Part shown: positions 11,919-24,477 of the stretch, piece by piece
Numbering within the stretch: position 1 is the stretch's first letter
Layout of the letters: the number at the start of each line of letters is the position of its first letter
Program-made: the position numbers and the translations under genes
Assembly: GCA_951406725.2 (NCBI GenBank)
Contig: OX597819.1
Location: 126,604,001 to 126,668,000 of the forward strand
Direction of reading: 5' to 3'
Source: Octopus vulgaris
Taxonomy: Eukaryota
DNA: 64,000 nucleotides
Notes under the pieces: generated by a model
The model's database searches: none
Seen by the model: only the letters and a program-made list of their open reading frames with translations
Told to the model about the DNA's origin: nothing

Positions 11919-12448
11919 CAATGCTTGTATATTTTGACTAACAAACAGTAAGCGAAAAATGCAAGCATGCATGCACATACGTACTGTAAAATCTGTGCAC
12001 GTGAGTATGCGTGAATTTATTGTATATTTCAATAGTGAGTAGTCAGTGATCGAAACCGTTTCCCTGGCGATCTATATCAGGGAGAAAGTGAGTCTACCTC
12101 GTTCATTACAGGGTTGTTTTTAACGAACTTTTATTATATCAATGTCAGTCTAGGTGATTGGGAAAACACAGAGATATTAATCATTATGTCCCCAATAAAT
12201 ATAAAATCTTTACTTGGCATTCATTGATGGAAATCGATTTATCGAATTTAGTTGAAACATTGATAGAAAATAGGGGAAAATAACAAATAAAAATCAAATC
12301 TAGATATATAAGGAAACAAATAAAAAATAGATTAATAAATAAATGATGGAAAATATTTGATTTAATAACAAAAATAAAATAAAATGATATAAATAAATAA
12401 ATAATAATTGGAAAAGTCCATTCCGAAACAGACAAATGATATATGATG

Positions 12449-12508
<60 letters not shown>

Positions 12509-12661
12509 AGTGTATGTGTGTGTGTATGTGTGTGTGTGTGTGTGTGTGTGTATGTGGGGTGGGGGGGTACATGCGAGTGTGAGTGTGAGTGTGTATGTGC
12601 GTGTACCTCTGTGTGCATGAGTGCATTCACGTACACACACATTTACATATATACATATATC

Positions 12662-12757
<96 letters not shown>

Positions 12758-13127
12758 AATACATACATACTCGCAGAAACACACACACACACACACATAT
12801 GTGAAAGTGAGGGTGAGAAAGGGAGAAAAAGCGGTAGGCTGGAGGAGATAGCAAGAAGCCCGGAGTGGCAACAGAGGGTAAGCTTCTAGCTTTGAATGAA
12901 TGAATATATTTTATTTTGTTGAGTATAGCTAAGCAAAGATAACGAGAGAAAAAAAAGAGAGACATTGTGTGTGCGCATGCGCGTGTACACGCACCCGTGC
13001 ATGAAAGAACCACACAAGTTATTGCTTATCGCTCAGCAAATGGCCTATGGACCAACGACGAGGTATCCACCACATGGTCAATCCCACATGTTAGAAATAA
13101 ATACCTGCCAAATCTACCTCAAAATAC

Positions 13128-13356
13128 CTATTTCTTTACTACCCACAAGAGGCTAAACACAGAGGAGACAAACAAGAACAAACAGATTAAGTCGATTATA
13201 TCGACCCCAGTACGTAACTGCTTCTTAATTATCGACCCCGAAAGGAGGAAAGGCAAAGTCAACCTCGGCGGAATTTGAACCCAGAACGTAACGGCAGACG
13301 AAATACGGCTACGCATTTCGCCCGGCATGCTAACGTTTCTGCCAGCTCGCCGCCTT
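13128..13356 (-). mobile_element. Full-length Nin/Deu SINE nested in an older repeat
   Basis: Head, B box, domain and tail are all present. It splits an old family that continues on both sides (ccaaatctacctcaaa ... gataatgtagtcctaga). Confidence 0.8.
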
Positions 13357-13963
13357 AATCTTTGAAAAATGGATACATTTGATAATGTAGTCCTAGACAT
13401 ACTATGCCAAAAATAAAGACTGAAACACTGGATCACAGCGTTGCTTGATCAATGTTGACGCAAAGCTAAACAGCAACAATAAACAAAAGCGGTAGAAAGA
13501 CAGCTAAACCCTCTGGATTTTATTTGCATATGCTGTTCCTGGTGTTTAGTCCCAGATGAACATTTGGTTAAAGGCTTCCAGCTATGATCACTCCTAGTTT
13601 TCAGAAATAATCCATCTAGAACTACATTACCCAACGTGTTTTTCATATTTCTAACGACTGTAAAGTTTTATTTGAGGATGATTTGACTGCTATTTCTACT
13701 AGGTCTAGCCACCCCATGGAGTCGATCGTAGCATTTACCATCAGTTCCATTACATGGACAACTTCAGTCTCATTTGAAGTGAATTGAAGTGAAGTTTCAT
13801 AGAATTCACAATATGAAAGTGAAACTAAAGGTGTTTAACAATAACAGCTGAAATCGAAGTTCGTGCCCTGAAACACTTTAAGAATGTTTGGTTACTATTT
13901 TACGCTCACTACGGCGCTTGTAACCTGCTCCGTATACGAATGTATGTGTGTGCGAGCCTTCAC

Positions 13964-14031
<68 letters not shown>

Positions 14032-14333
14032 GTCTATCTGTCTGTCTGTCTGTCTGTATGTATGTATGTATGTATGTATGTATGTATGTATGTATGTATG
14101 TATGTATGTATAGATAGATAGATAGATAGATAGATAGAGAGATAGATAGATAGAGAGATAGATAGATAGGTGGTGAGCTGTCAGAATCTTTAGCACACCA
14201 GAATCTTTAGCGGAATCTTTAGCGGAATTCCAGTTTTACTTTCTGAGTCCAAATTCCACGAAGGTTCACTTTTTATTCTCAAGACGGTGCACCAGCTCGG
14301 ATGCAGTCTAATGACGGAAACAAGTAAAAGATA

Positions 14334-14364
<31 letters not shown>

Positions 14365-14952
14365 CATACATATACCAGGTGGTGCTATTAAGTTAGACAT
14401 GGCCTGGGCCAATAATGGCCGAAACCTTTCAAAGTATCAAAGTATCAAAGTACATACATACATGCACACACACATACACACACACACATATATATTCATA
14501 CATACAAAAATACATGCGTACATTAATATTTAGCGTTAGCACTTATCAAACCAATTTGTTAAATGCGAAGGTATATTATCTTGTTTCATCAGAAGCAATG
14601 AATTACAGGACTCAATGCAAAATTGTAGAATATTCTCTGATATATTATGACTGAAAGACTCCAACTTCCAGTACTCCGAATTACTCATAACCGGTCATCA
14701 GCTGGAATCGTTTGCATTACACTTTGAGAATGATCGTGTAAATAAAGCGTCTCTTTCTCCAGAAAATGTATTAGATCGAGCTATGGGGTCTGTCTAGCAA
14801 CCACTATTCATAGATGTGTGTGTGTGTGTGTGTGTGTGTGTGGACATATAGAGAGGGAGAAAAAGAAAGAGGTAAACAGACGGATACAGAAGGAGATGCT
14901 GCTGGATCAGTCCAAAAATTGACCGAGCTATTTGCGAACGGTTATAATTCTC

Positions 14953-15889
14953 TCGGCGAATTGGTAGAATCGTTAGCACGCAGGGCGAAATGCTTACTGG
15001 TATTTCGTCTGCCGTTACGTTCTGAGTTCAAATTCCGCCGAGGTCGACTTTGCCTTTCATCCTTTCGGGGTCGATAAATTAAGTACCAGTTACGCACTGG
15101 GGTTGATATAATCGACTTAATCCGTTTGTCTGTCCTTGTTTGTCCTCTCTGTGTTTAGCCCCTTGTGGGTTATAAAGAAATAGGTATTTCGTCTGCCGTT
15201 ACGTTCTGAGTTCAAATTCCGCCGAGGTCGACTTTGCCTTTCATCCTTTCGGGGTCGATAAATTAAGTACCAGTTACGCACTGGGGTTGATATAATCGAC
15301 TTAATCCGTTTGTCTGTCCTTGTTTGTCCTCTCTGTGTTTAGCCCCTTGTGGGTTATAAAGAAATAGGTATTTCGTCTGCCGTTACGTTCTGAGTTCAAA
15401 TTCCGCCGAGGTCGACTTTGCCTTTCATCCTTTCGGGGTCGATAAATTAAGTACCAGTTACGCACTGGGGTCGATGTAATCGACTTAATCCGTTTGTCTG
15501 TCCTTGTTTGTCCTCTCTGTGTTTAGCCCCTTGTGGGTTATAAAGAAATAGGTATTTCGTCTGCCGTTACGTTCTGAGTTCAAATTCCGCCGAGGTCGAC
15601 TTTGCCTTTCATCCTTTCGGGGTCGATAAATTAAGTACCAGTTACGCACTGGGGTCGATGTAATCGACTTAATCCCTTTGTCTGTCCTTGTTTGTCCCTT
15701 CTATGTTTAGCCCCTTGCTGTTAAGTTCTGAGTTCAAATTCCGCCGAGGTCGACTTTGCCTTTCATCCTTTCGGGGTCGATAAATTAAGTACCAGTTACG
15801 CACTGGGGTCGATGTAATCGACTTAATCCCTTTGTCTGTCCTTGTTTGTCCCTTCTATGTTTAGCCCCTTGTGGGTAGTAAAGAAATAA
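14953..15889 (+). repeat. Tandem array of five SINE-derived units, period 184 bp
   Basis: Units start at 14999, 15183, 15367 and 15551; a fifth is joined through a small deletion near 15717. Only one 5' head is present. Confidence 0.95.
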
Positions 15890-17584
15890 GACTCGTTAAC
15901 CGTTAGACGAATTGGTAGAATCGTTAATCGTTAGACAAAATACTTTCTGCCTCCGCCGTGGTTCTAATGCTTCTAAAAGAAGAGCGAAGCTGATGTTTGG
16001 TGGAAGGGAACAGTCGATCATATCGACCTCAAAATAACGACTGGTATTTTATTTTATCAACCTTGGAATGAAAGATGAAAGGTAAAGTCGACTTAGGATT
16101 TGAACTCAGAGCGTATATGAGTGTAACTAAATAATGCAGGGACGTTTTGTAGAACGCTCTAACGAGTCAGCCATTTTATTTAATAATAACGTTGGTTGTG
16201 TTGTGGGCGGGGCGGGGGTGGAAGACGGAGAAAAGGAGAAATAAGCCATGAGATATGACAGGGCAGGAGGCGGTTAGAGAAAGAGGCGGAGGAGGAGTAG
16301 GAAGAACTGGGGTGGATAGGGTAGATGTGGGGAGTGGGGGGGAGAGGTCAGGTCAATAACAATGACTGCGAACGAAGATGACGATGACGGAAAGAGAATG
16401 AGGGCGGAGAATGTAAGGGAGGAGTGGAGAAGGGGATTTGCCAGCAACGGAGAATGGTTAATTTGGGATTCGGATATTGGAGGAAGGAGGAGGAGGATGA
16501 AGAGGGGAATGAATGAGTAAGAGATGAAAACATGAAGGAGCGTACAAGAAATGAGAGAGAGAGAGAGAGAGAGGGGGTGGGGGAGAGAAGGAAAAAGTCG
16601 AATAAGTGTAGTACGCGCTTGTGTATTTTTGTCGTTGCGTGTGTATGCATGTATGCATATATGTATGTATGTGTGTATGTATGTATGTATGTATGTATGT
16701 ATGTATGTATGTATGCATGTATGTATGCATGTATGTATGTATGTATGTATGTATGTATGTATGTATGTATGTATGCATGCATGTACGTACGTATGTATGT
16801 AATGTGTATATGTATGTATGTATGTATAAATCCTTAAATTCTTAAAAGTGTTTTAGCCCGAAGGCCGCGGCCATGCTGGGGCACCACCGTTGAATGTATG
16901 TATATATGTATGCATGTATGTATGTATGTATGTATGTATGTATGTGTGTGTGTGTGCATGTGTGTGCGCGTGCGATCGTGCATATGCTTATGGACATATA
17001 CACATATATGTATACATACTCACAACACAAATATATATATATATATTTCTATGTGTGTGTGTGTGTGTGTGTATGCATATATACGCTCACACCCACACAT
17101 ACATACGCACATTAATACACAACACGCGCACATCCTCATATGTGCCTATATACTGAGTTAAAAAATGTTTTATATCTGATATTTTTCAAAAAACAAACCA
17201 AACATTTCCATTCCATTCTACGTGGATATAGAGCTAGCCTTTCATACGATAATTCGACGAAAGATATATCAGACAAAATTCTAAGACATCATCACGTAAG
17301 GTGATACCATCCATTGGAGTGACACACCTTCTTCACCATTGCTTCCTGTAATATGTCGATCTGCAAGGAAATGATACGATTAGTTCTTGTAGTTCATTAA
17401 GTCCAGATCATATCTTAATCAAGCAGAACTATGATCAGGTACACACTGGACTTGACCATTCCGTCTCTTCATTCACTAGCAGTATACCAAAACTACATTA
17501 TCTAAGTAACGGGTGGTGGGTTTGAGTTATATAATGAAGCTATATGAATGTTTGAATACACACATATATATGCATGTGTGTGTA

Positions 17585-17641
<57 letters not shown>

Positions 17642-17644
17642 TTA

Positions 17645-17733
17645 TTTCTGTTCTCTTTTAACAAAGCTGCCCGTCAAACTGGAACGTGAAACTCTAACAG
17701 CTTTTGTTATATTTTTGCTGCTTCAAAATAAAG

Positions 17734-17789
<56 letters not shown>

Positions 17790-17882
17790 GTATAATATAT
17801 ATTTATTTCTGTTCTATTTTAACAAAGCATCCCGACAAACGGGAACGTGAAACTCTGAGTAACAGCTTTTGTTATATTTCTG
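17645..17882 (+). mobile_element. Tandem pair of (TA)n-embedded repeats with degenerate hammerhead-like motifs
   Basis: 17660-17708 and 17821-17873 are homologous. The second reads ccgacaa-ACG ggaa CGT-GAA-ACTC t GAGT-A within aacaaagc...gcttttgtt. Confidence 0.55.
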
Positions 17883-17890
17883 GTTTTAAG

Positions 17891-17924
<34 letters not shown>

Positions 17925-18355
17925 GATAAAAATTACTTGGAGGATGCGTGGCGTTCGATCATATAATAACAATGAAATAAATAAAACATATGTTACATAC
18001 ATATATACATATATGTACATACATACTGACTATATGTATATATACATGCATATATGGGTACAGGACACCACAAAAAAAACGTAGAACACAACGAGAAACG
18101 AAAACATAACAATAAAGGTGGAGCAAAATCATTTCTACGCCGGACAATGCTTAGCGGTATCTCCTCGGGTTTTTTTCACGTTCTTAGTACTAATGCCGTT
18201 GCCTTTTATCTCTTCGAGGGTTGACAAAATAAGTAATCAACTGGATTCAATTAATCGATTTACCCCTCGCCCGAAATTTCTGGTCATGTGCCAAAATTTG
18301 AAACCATATATATATATATAGTTGTCCGGCCGTTTTGCGTTCTTGTCCCATTTTG

Positions 18356-18422
<67 letters not shown>

Positions 18423-19164
18423 TATAAATATATATATATATACATAATATATATATGTATATACATAACCACACATCGGTCATGGAATGACCATATCATA
18501 CTGGATTGCACCGAGAAAGTTACTCTCCTAGACACAAGTCCGGGCAAGGTTGTTTATGGAAGACCAGCAGCCTTTAGTCGAACAAATCGACCCCAGGACT
18601 TATTCTTTGTAAGCCTAGTACTTATTCTATCGGTCACTTTTGCCGAACCGCTAAGTTACGTGGACGTAAATATTACCAGCATCGGCTGTCAAGCGATGTG
18701 GGGGGGGGGGGCAAACACAGACCCACAAGCATATATATATATATATTTTTCATACACAATTATTCTTATATGAACGTGTTTATTGGTTTGTTTATGTGTA
18801 TGTATACGTAGTGTTAGTTACGACATTGATGTATGCGCGAATGTCCGTATACTCTCTTCGCACGGATATGCTAACCATGACCCTGACTTAGTATTGTTAT
18901 TATTAAAATACCTTTATTCAAATGAATCCTACAAATGATTAATTATATATATATATACATAAATAGTGGCTATAGCCCATGGTCCTAGTCCCCGATAAAG
19001 ACTTCGGAGTTTAAATCATTTGAGCACTACTACGTGTTTTTCTATACTGATCATCTCTGATCTCACCGGTTGATTGTATATACATAAACACACCCATACC
19101 CCACCACACATACACGTTGATGTATCTTGATCCATATATATATATGCTTATATACGTTTGCATA

Positions 19165-19364
19165 TATATAAAGTTAATCCAAACAAGAAAGCACAAAAAA
19201 AAAACACAACGCGAGGACGTGGAACAAATATAGTATTATTGGACGCTCAGGAAAGAAGGAGGGTTTAACGTTTCGAGCGGAGCTCTTCGTCAGAAACATA
19301 GGAGAAAGAAAGATCCAGAGAAGGGAAGACAGAGGAAAAAAATCGCCAACGATACAAATGCGGT

Positions 19365-19368
<4 letters not shown>
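19165..19368 (-). mobile_element. (TA)n-embedded Penelope-like terminal-repeat remnant carrying a hammerhead motif
   Basis: About 200-bp unique block between TA runs that contains the motif at 19263-19297. Confidence 0.55.
19263..19297 (-). ncRNA. Minimal type I hammerhead ribozyme motif
   Basis: Minus strand reads GUUU CUGACGA A GAGC ucc GCUC GAA ACGU U AAAC: stem I GUUU/AAAC, core CUGAnGA, stem II GAGC/GCUC, GAAA, palindromic ACGU in place of stem III, and a GUU cleavage triplet. Confidence 0.6.
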
Positions 19369-19401
<33 letters not shown>

Positions 19402-20454
19402 GAATGTGTATGTATCGGCGACAGATGGCCAATAATAGGTTTCCAACAAAAATTTACATTGTATTTGGATACTGAGTATTCTTTTATGCTAATGTCAATT
19501 TAGCCATTTGATAAATAGAAATTGGAAAAAAAAACAAAACAAAAAAAAATATTAGAAAACGTATTGTGGTCAATATGATTGACTACAAATGTAAAAATAG
19601 TACTCCAGCATGGTCGCAATCCACAAACTGAAGCCAGTAAAAGAATTTTTTTTTAAAGTAACACTACCATATTCCTGTTGAAAACAAACACATTCTTCTT
19701 TCAAGCCGACCACTCTGAGGGCATCGTGTAACCCGAGAGAGCTGAAGTCATTATTGATAAAAAAAAGAAAAATACAAAAAGAAAAAGAAAAAGAAAAGGT
19801 AAATAAAAAAAATATTTGATTGAAAAGCCGGTATATAGATCAAAATCGATAAAGATAGAGTTGCTGCTGTTCGGTTTCTCAGTATATTTTGGTCAAGAGA
19901 TGAAAATGCTATTATAATCCGTTTGAGCTCCACATTCATCTGTTCTTTTTGGGAATATTACAGACCTCTAGGGGTCAACTTATACGGAGAAAAAGATAAT
20001 CAGATTGAAGGCTTCTGAAAGATCGATAACGACAAAACTCAATAGTATAGCTGGTTAAAGATCGATAGATGTAAAATTCAATACTGTAGCTTGTTAATAT
20101 TAGTGAAGAAGTCTAAAGTTTGTTTGTATATTAAAATTTGTAATTTTCATCCTTCTAACGTTGGTGGTGATGGTGGTGAGGGAGCTTGACCGGTCTACGT
20201 AAATGCGAGAGCCTCTATATAGACACTCGAGGAAAAAAAGCAGCTTAATTTTCTTAAATTCATACAGATAAGGACAAACTGGGTAGTGCAAACTGAGGTG
20301 CCAAAGACAAAAATCTTAATTCCCCCCCTCCTCTTGACGGAATGCCTTTAATCATCGATCAAACTCGGAGTAAACGACAATAATCGAGAAAACATGGTAC
20401 TTTACAAACGCAACAAAATGACGGCGGATTGAGTCTTTGCAGCCAAGTATAAAG

Positions 20455-20727
20455 TTCTGTTATGTCTGCGGAGAGTCATTTTCTTTTTGTGCCTTATTAT
20501 TTAAAACACTCACCGGTAAAATTTCCACTTTGTTCTTATTTTTATTTTCCTAAAATTTTCGTTGCGTCTTGCAACCTTTTCAATAGTTTTGACTCAAAAC
20601 TATTGAAAAGGTTGCAAGACGCAACGAAAATTTTTTTGTGTACATAAGGCACAAAAAGAAAACGACTCTCTCCAGACACAACAGAACGTGTGTTGAAGCA
20701 TATTCTGTTGTGTCTGGGGAGAGTCAA
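20455..20727. repeat. Nested fold-back with a perfect 41-bp-arm palindrome
   Basis: 20552-20592 and 20594-20634 are perfect reverse complements. Outer inverted repeat 20455-20497 / 20644-20686, with a third copy at 20703-20727. Confidence 0.9.
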
Positions 20728-21309
20728 CACACGAACTTATATAAAGAATCTTGCAAACCAAATCCAAAAACGAAACAAGTATAAAATGTTTAGTGGTATT
20801 TGTTCCTGCTTCCTGCGTTCTGTGTTCAAATTCCGCATGGATCAATTAGCATTTTAATATGGGGTCAGTAAAATGAAGTAGGTATCCAGGGCAGTGGAAT
20901 AGCGAAATTAGTTGGTGCATCGACGGATGGTTTCTCTTTAGGTGAGTGGTAGACTTTATCCAACGCTTGGCTTGATACCACAACATGGTGCTTGATTGTT
21001 TTTAGCAGAGTTCCCTTTGCTAAAAGCATTCTGGCTGATCATCTGGTTTTGAGGTTTTTACCCTTTTCCAACGAACTTAAATAATAAAGAGTCGTTCCCT
21101 TTGACTAAGCAGTTGACATCAACTCGGGAGTTTCCTATTCATCATTGTTTTTAAAAGTAATTAGTAACAATTTCTTAGGATTTAGGTCTGTTATGAGCCC
21201 TAAAACTCATAAGGCCAGAGCTTAACTTGGCTTGTATAGCGCATAAGTGAATGAGATAACATTACTCTCTCATTCACGATATGCTCACGACTGGCACATT
21301 GGGTGTCTT

Positions 21310-21540
21310 TAGCAGAGTTCACCCTTCTCTCACGCTTTCTTCCTGTTTCTGTTGTACCTGTATTTCGAAGGGCTAGCCTTGTCTCACTCTGTGTCACGCT
21401 GAATTTCCCCGAGAACTACGGTAAAGGTACACGTGTCTGTGGAGTGTTCAGCCACTTGCACGTTAATTTCACGAGCAGGCTGTTCCGTTGATCGGATCAA
21501 CTGGAACACTCGTCGTCGTAACCGACGGTGTGCCACGATC
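21310..21540 (+). mobile_element. 3' portion of a SINE related to the tRNA-Arg-headed element
   Basis: Shares ttctctcac(g/t)ctttcttcctgtttct with about 21900-21925 and then diverges. A decayed relative lies at about 29140-29275. Confidence 0.55.
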
Positions 21541-21723
21541 TATCTATATATATATATTACTTATTTCAGTCACTTGACTGCGGCAATGGTGGAACACGGC
21601 CTTCATGGATTTTCTGAACCATGTGGTTGAAAAGCAAACTTCTTACCATAAAGCCACAATTTATATGTATGTGTATGACTCCCTCGATCAGAGCAACCCA
21701 GGAACTTAACAACACCGACATCA

Positions 21724-22102
21724 TGAGGCGCAATGGCCCAGTGGTTAGGGCAGCGGACTCGCGGTCGGAGGATCGCGGTTTCGATTCCCAGAAGAGATAG
21801 TCACCGTTGTGTGTGTTTACTGAGCGAAAACACCTAAAGCTCCACGAGGCTCCGGCAGGGGGTGGTGGTGACCCCTGTTGTACTCCTTCGCTCCAACTTT
21901 CTCTCACTCTTTCTTCCTGTTTCTTGTTCCCGACTTCCTACGCAACCGCTGAGCCTGGATGCGCATTCATCCATCCGGTGATGCTCCCGGTATCGGGGGT
22001 TGACCTGCTTTCTCTTCTGCGGGTCTTACAAATAGCAAAGGACCACGTTTCGGACTTCTCCCACCAATGGGACGAAGACCGCTTCGCTCAACAAACAAAC
22101 AA
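21724..22102 (+). mobile_element. Full-length tRNA-Arg-derived SINE with TSD
   Basis: Head ggcgcaaTGGCCCAGTGGttagggcagcggactcgcggtcggaggatcgcGGTTTCGATTCCc (A and B boxes, aligns to tRNA-Arg), (CAAA)n tail, TSD aac(a/g)ccgacatca at 21711 and 22103. Confidence 0.85.
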
Positions 22103-22411
22103 AACGCCGACATCAGAAACATCAGCAACATTTTGGTAACAACATTTTGTTAGATTAAAGTCACACAATATTCAAAAACCTCGCCTGCCTTTGGATTGAA
22201 TCTTTAAACATTTATAAAGGCATTTAAATATGAAATCTTAAAGACAACTCCTGTATCCAACATGATTCCGCTCTTCCGCAACCAACTACTTTAAAGTAGT
22301 CACAGTTGTGGTGTTAGTGTTGTTGTTCGGTTCCATTTCAGCCCAAAGTGGTTCCAGCCGTGACGATCCCATCACTTTTGTATATTTAGGATTACGTTGC
22401 TGAAGATATAT

Positions 22412-22617
22412 ATTTCTTTACTACCCACAAAAGGCTAAACACAGAGGGGACAAACAAGGACAGACAAACGGATTAAGTCGATTACATCGACCCCAGTGCG
22501 TAACTGGTACTTAATTTATAGACTCCGAAAGGAAGAAAGGCAAAGTCGACCTCGGCGGAATTTGAACTCGCTATGCATTTCGCCCGGCGTGCTAACGATT
22601 CTGCCACTCGCCGCCTT
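22412..22617 (-). mobile_element. Nin/Deu SINE with 16-bp TSD
   Basis: ttgctgaagatatata on both sides; internal deletion in the tRNA-derived part. Confidence 0.85.
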
Positions 22618-22643
22618 TTGCTGAAGATATATAATCAAATATA

Positions 22644-22960
22644 GAGGTAGGCGTGGCTGTGTGGTAAGAAGTTTGCATCCTGACCACATAGCTTCGGGTT
22701 TAGTGCCTTCTACTTTCGCCACGGGCCGACCAAAGCCTTGTCAGTGAATTTGGTTGACGGAAACTGGAAGAAGCCCGTTGTATACACATACGTGTTGGTG
22801 TGTTTCCGTCCCCGTAAACTAGCATCTCGCGAGAAAGATAAAATAAATACGAGGCTTTAAAAAAATAAGTCCTGGGGTCGGTTCGTTTGACTAAAATTCT
22901 TCAAGATGGTGCCCCAGCATGGCCGCTATCTGACGATTGAAACAAGTAAATGATAAATGA
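22644..22960 (+). mobile_element. CORE-type tRNA SINE with internal deletions
   Basis: Head gtggctgtgtggtaagaag, body ggccgaccaaagccttgt, tail gccccagcatggccgc..tgaaacaagtaaa. Confidence 0.75.
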
Positions 22961-23827
22961 TTTCCAACGGTGGACCATCTCTTCTTATGATATTATTTTA
23001 CTGTCATGGAGATGTTGATTGTAGATGATGAGGGTGGTGAATGTAGCATTTTAAACGCCGGTGTTGGATTTCCTGGAATTCTTGAAGCAGCCGTAGCACC
23101 AACAGCGGTTTTGTAAGTGCCGCTGTGCTGTGTTAGTGTTAGTGGTTGTTACTTAAGGTTTGTAGAACCATTTAGGACTACATGTTTGTGCTGGGCTTTT
23201 TTTTTACACCGTCATTACTTAGCCGTTCGGCAAAAGGGAATAAGTCACTTAAAATAAGATCGGAGACCAATTTGATGCACTAAAGACTTCAAGGCGGTGC
23301 CACAGTATGGCCGCAGGTCCAATGATTTAAGCCAACGAAGCAAAAGTAGTAAGATATGTGATTTGAGGAGGGAGGGAGAATTTCGGTGCTATGTTAAGTA
23401 GTTTTAGGCAACACACACACACCTAAAGGGCTTTATTGTTGGGTCTGCTTCCATTGCTGCTGCTGCTGCTATTACTAGTGCTACTACTACTAGTAGTTGT
23501 AGTAGTATCTCGATGGTGTCGATATGAAGTGAGATGTAGCTGTGGAAGAATGAACGGAAATGTGCGACGCTTTTTATGTGAATGCATGAGGAGGAGGAGG
23601 AGGAGGAGGAGAAAGAGGCTTAAAAGTGAGGAGAGACGGTCGGTAACAACAGACGAGAAAACACCGCGAGATGGATGAATATATATATATATATGAAAGA
23701 AAAAAGGTGTTCCGAATGCTTGGATGGTTGTAAAAATATATATTTATTTACATATCACATATTATTTCTTCATATTAGCGCTTTCAACTACTCCTGTAGT
23801 TTCATCAGAAATGTATACAAACATTTG

Positions 23828-23908
<81 letters not shown>

Positions 23909-23929
23909 GAGAAAGAAAGAGAGAGAGAG

Positions 23930-24023
23930 AGGGAGAGCAGTGCACAGACACATAGTTAAGAAGTGGGAGTGCGTCAGAGAGATGTAAAGGCAAAGTGAGA
24001 GTAGGAGTGTAAGAGAGATGTAA

Positions 24024-24064
<41 letters not shown>

Positions 24065-24330
24065 TGTAAAGTATAGTGAAACGCGCTTACAGATAGCGTA
24101 AGAACTACATGTATGTGCATGTGTACACACACGCACGCACACACACACACACGCACGATTTGAATCTCTTCTGCGCTCTCTACGCGTGTTGTACACTACT
24201 CCACCTCTCCCTCTCTGTCTATCCACGCCATGCTATCTCTTTCCTAGTTACGGTTTGCTATTATGTCGCTCTGACGCACTCCCACTTCTTAATTTTGTTA
24301 TCTATGCACTGCTGTCTTCTCTCTCTCACT
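23930..24330. mobile_element. Degenerate fold-back/MITE-like element, about 400 bp
   Basis: Perfect 24-bp inverted repeat ttaagaagtgggagtgcgtcagag (23956-23979 / 24269-24292), plus gcagtgca/tgcactgc and GA versus TC tracts extending the arms. Confidence 0.7.
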
Positions 24331-24477
24331 CTCCTCGCTCTCTCTCTCTCTCACGCGCACGCGCACTGATGCGCTCGCACATGTGCGTGGTTGAGAAGTT
24401 TATTTCGCAAACACGTGGTTTCGGGTTCAGTCCCGTTACGCAGCATTTCGAGTGTTTTTATTATTATTATTAATTAC

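Noticed and set aside
12800-12885. Purine-rich segment ending in g|gtaagc
   Set aside because: No acceptor or start codon in unique sequence, and no recognisable product.
14665-14705. Minus-strand CUGAUGA followed by an imperfect stem
   Set aside because: The stem is followed by AGUA rather than GAAA, and there are no stems I and III.
14999-15889. CRISPR-like or ribozyme-containing array
   Set aside because: No unique spacers, no cas genes, eukaryotic context, and no CUGAnGA/GAAA core with stems on either strand of the 184-bp unit.
21727-21792. Functional tRNA-Arg gene
   Set aside because: Acceptor stem is not closed, and the sequence continues into a SINE body, tail and TSD.
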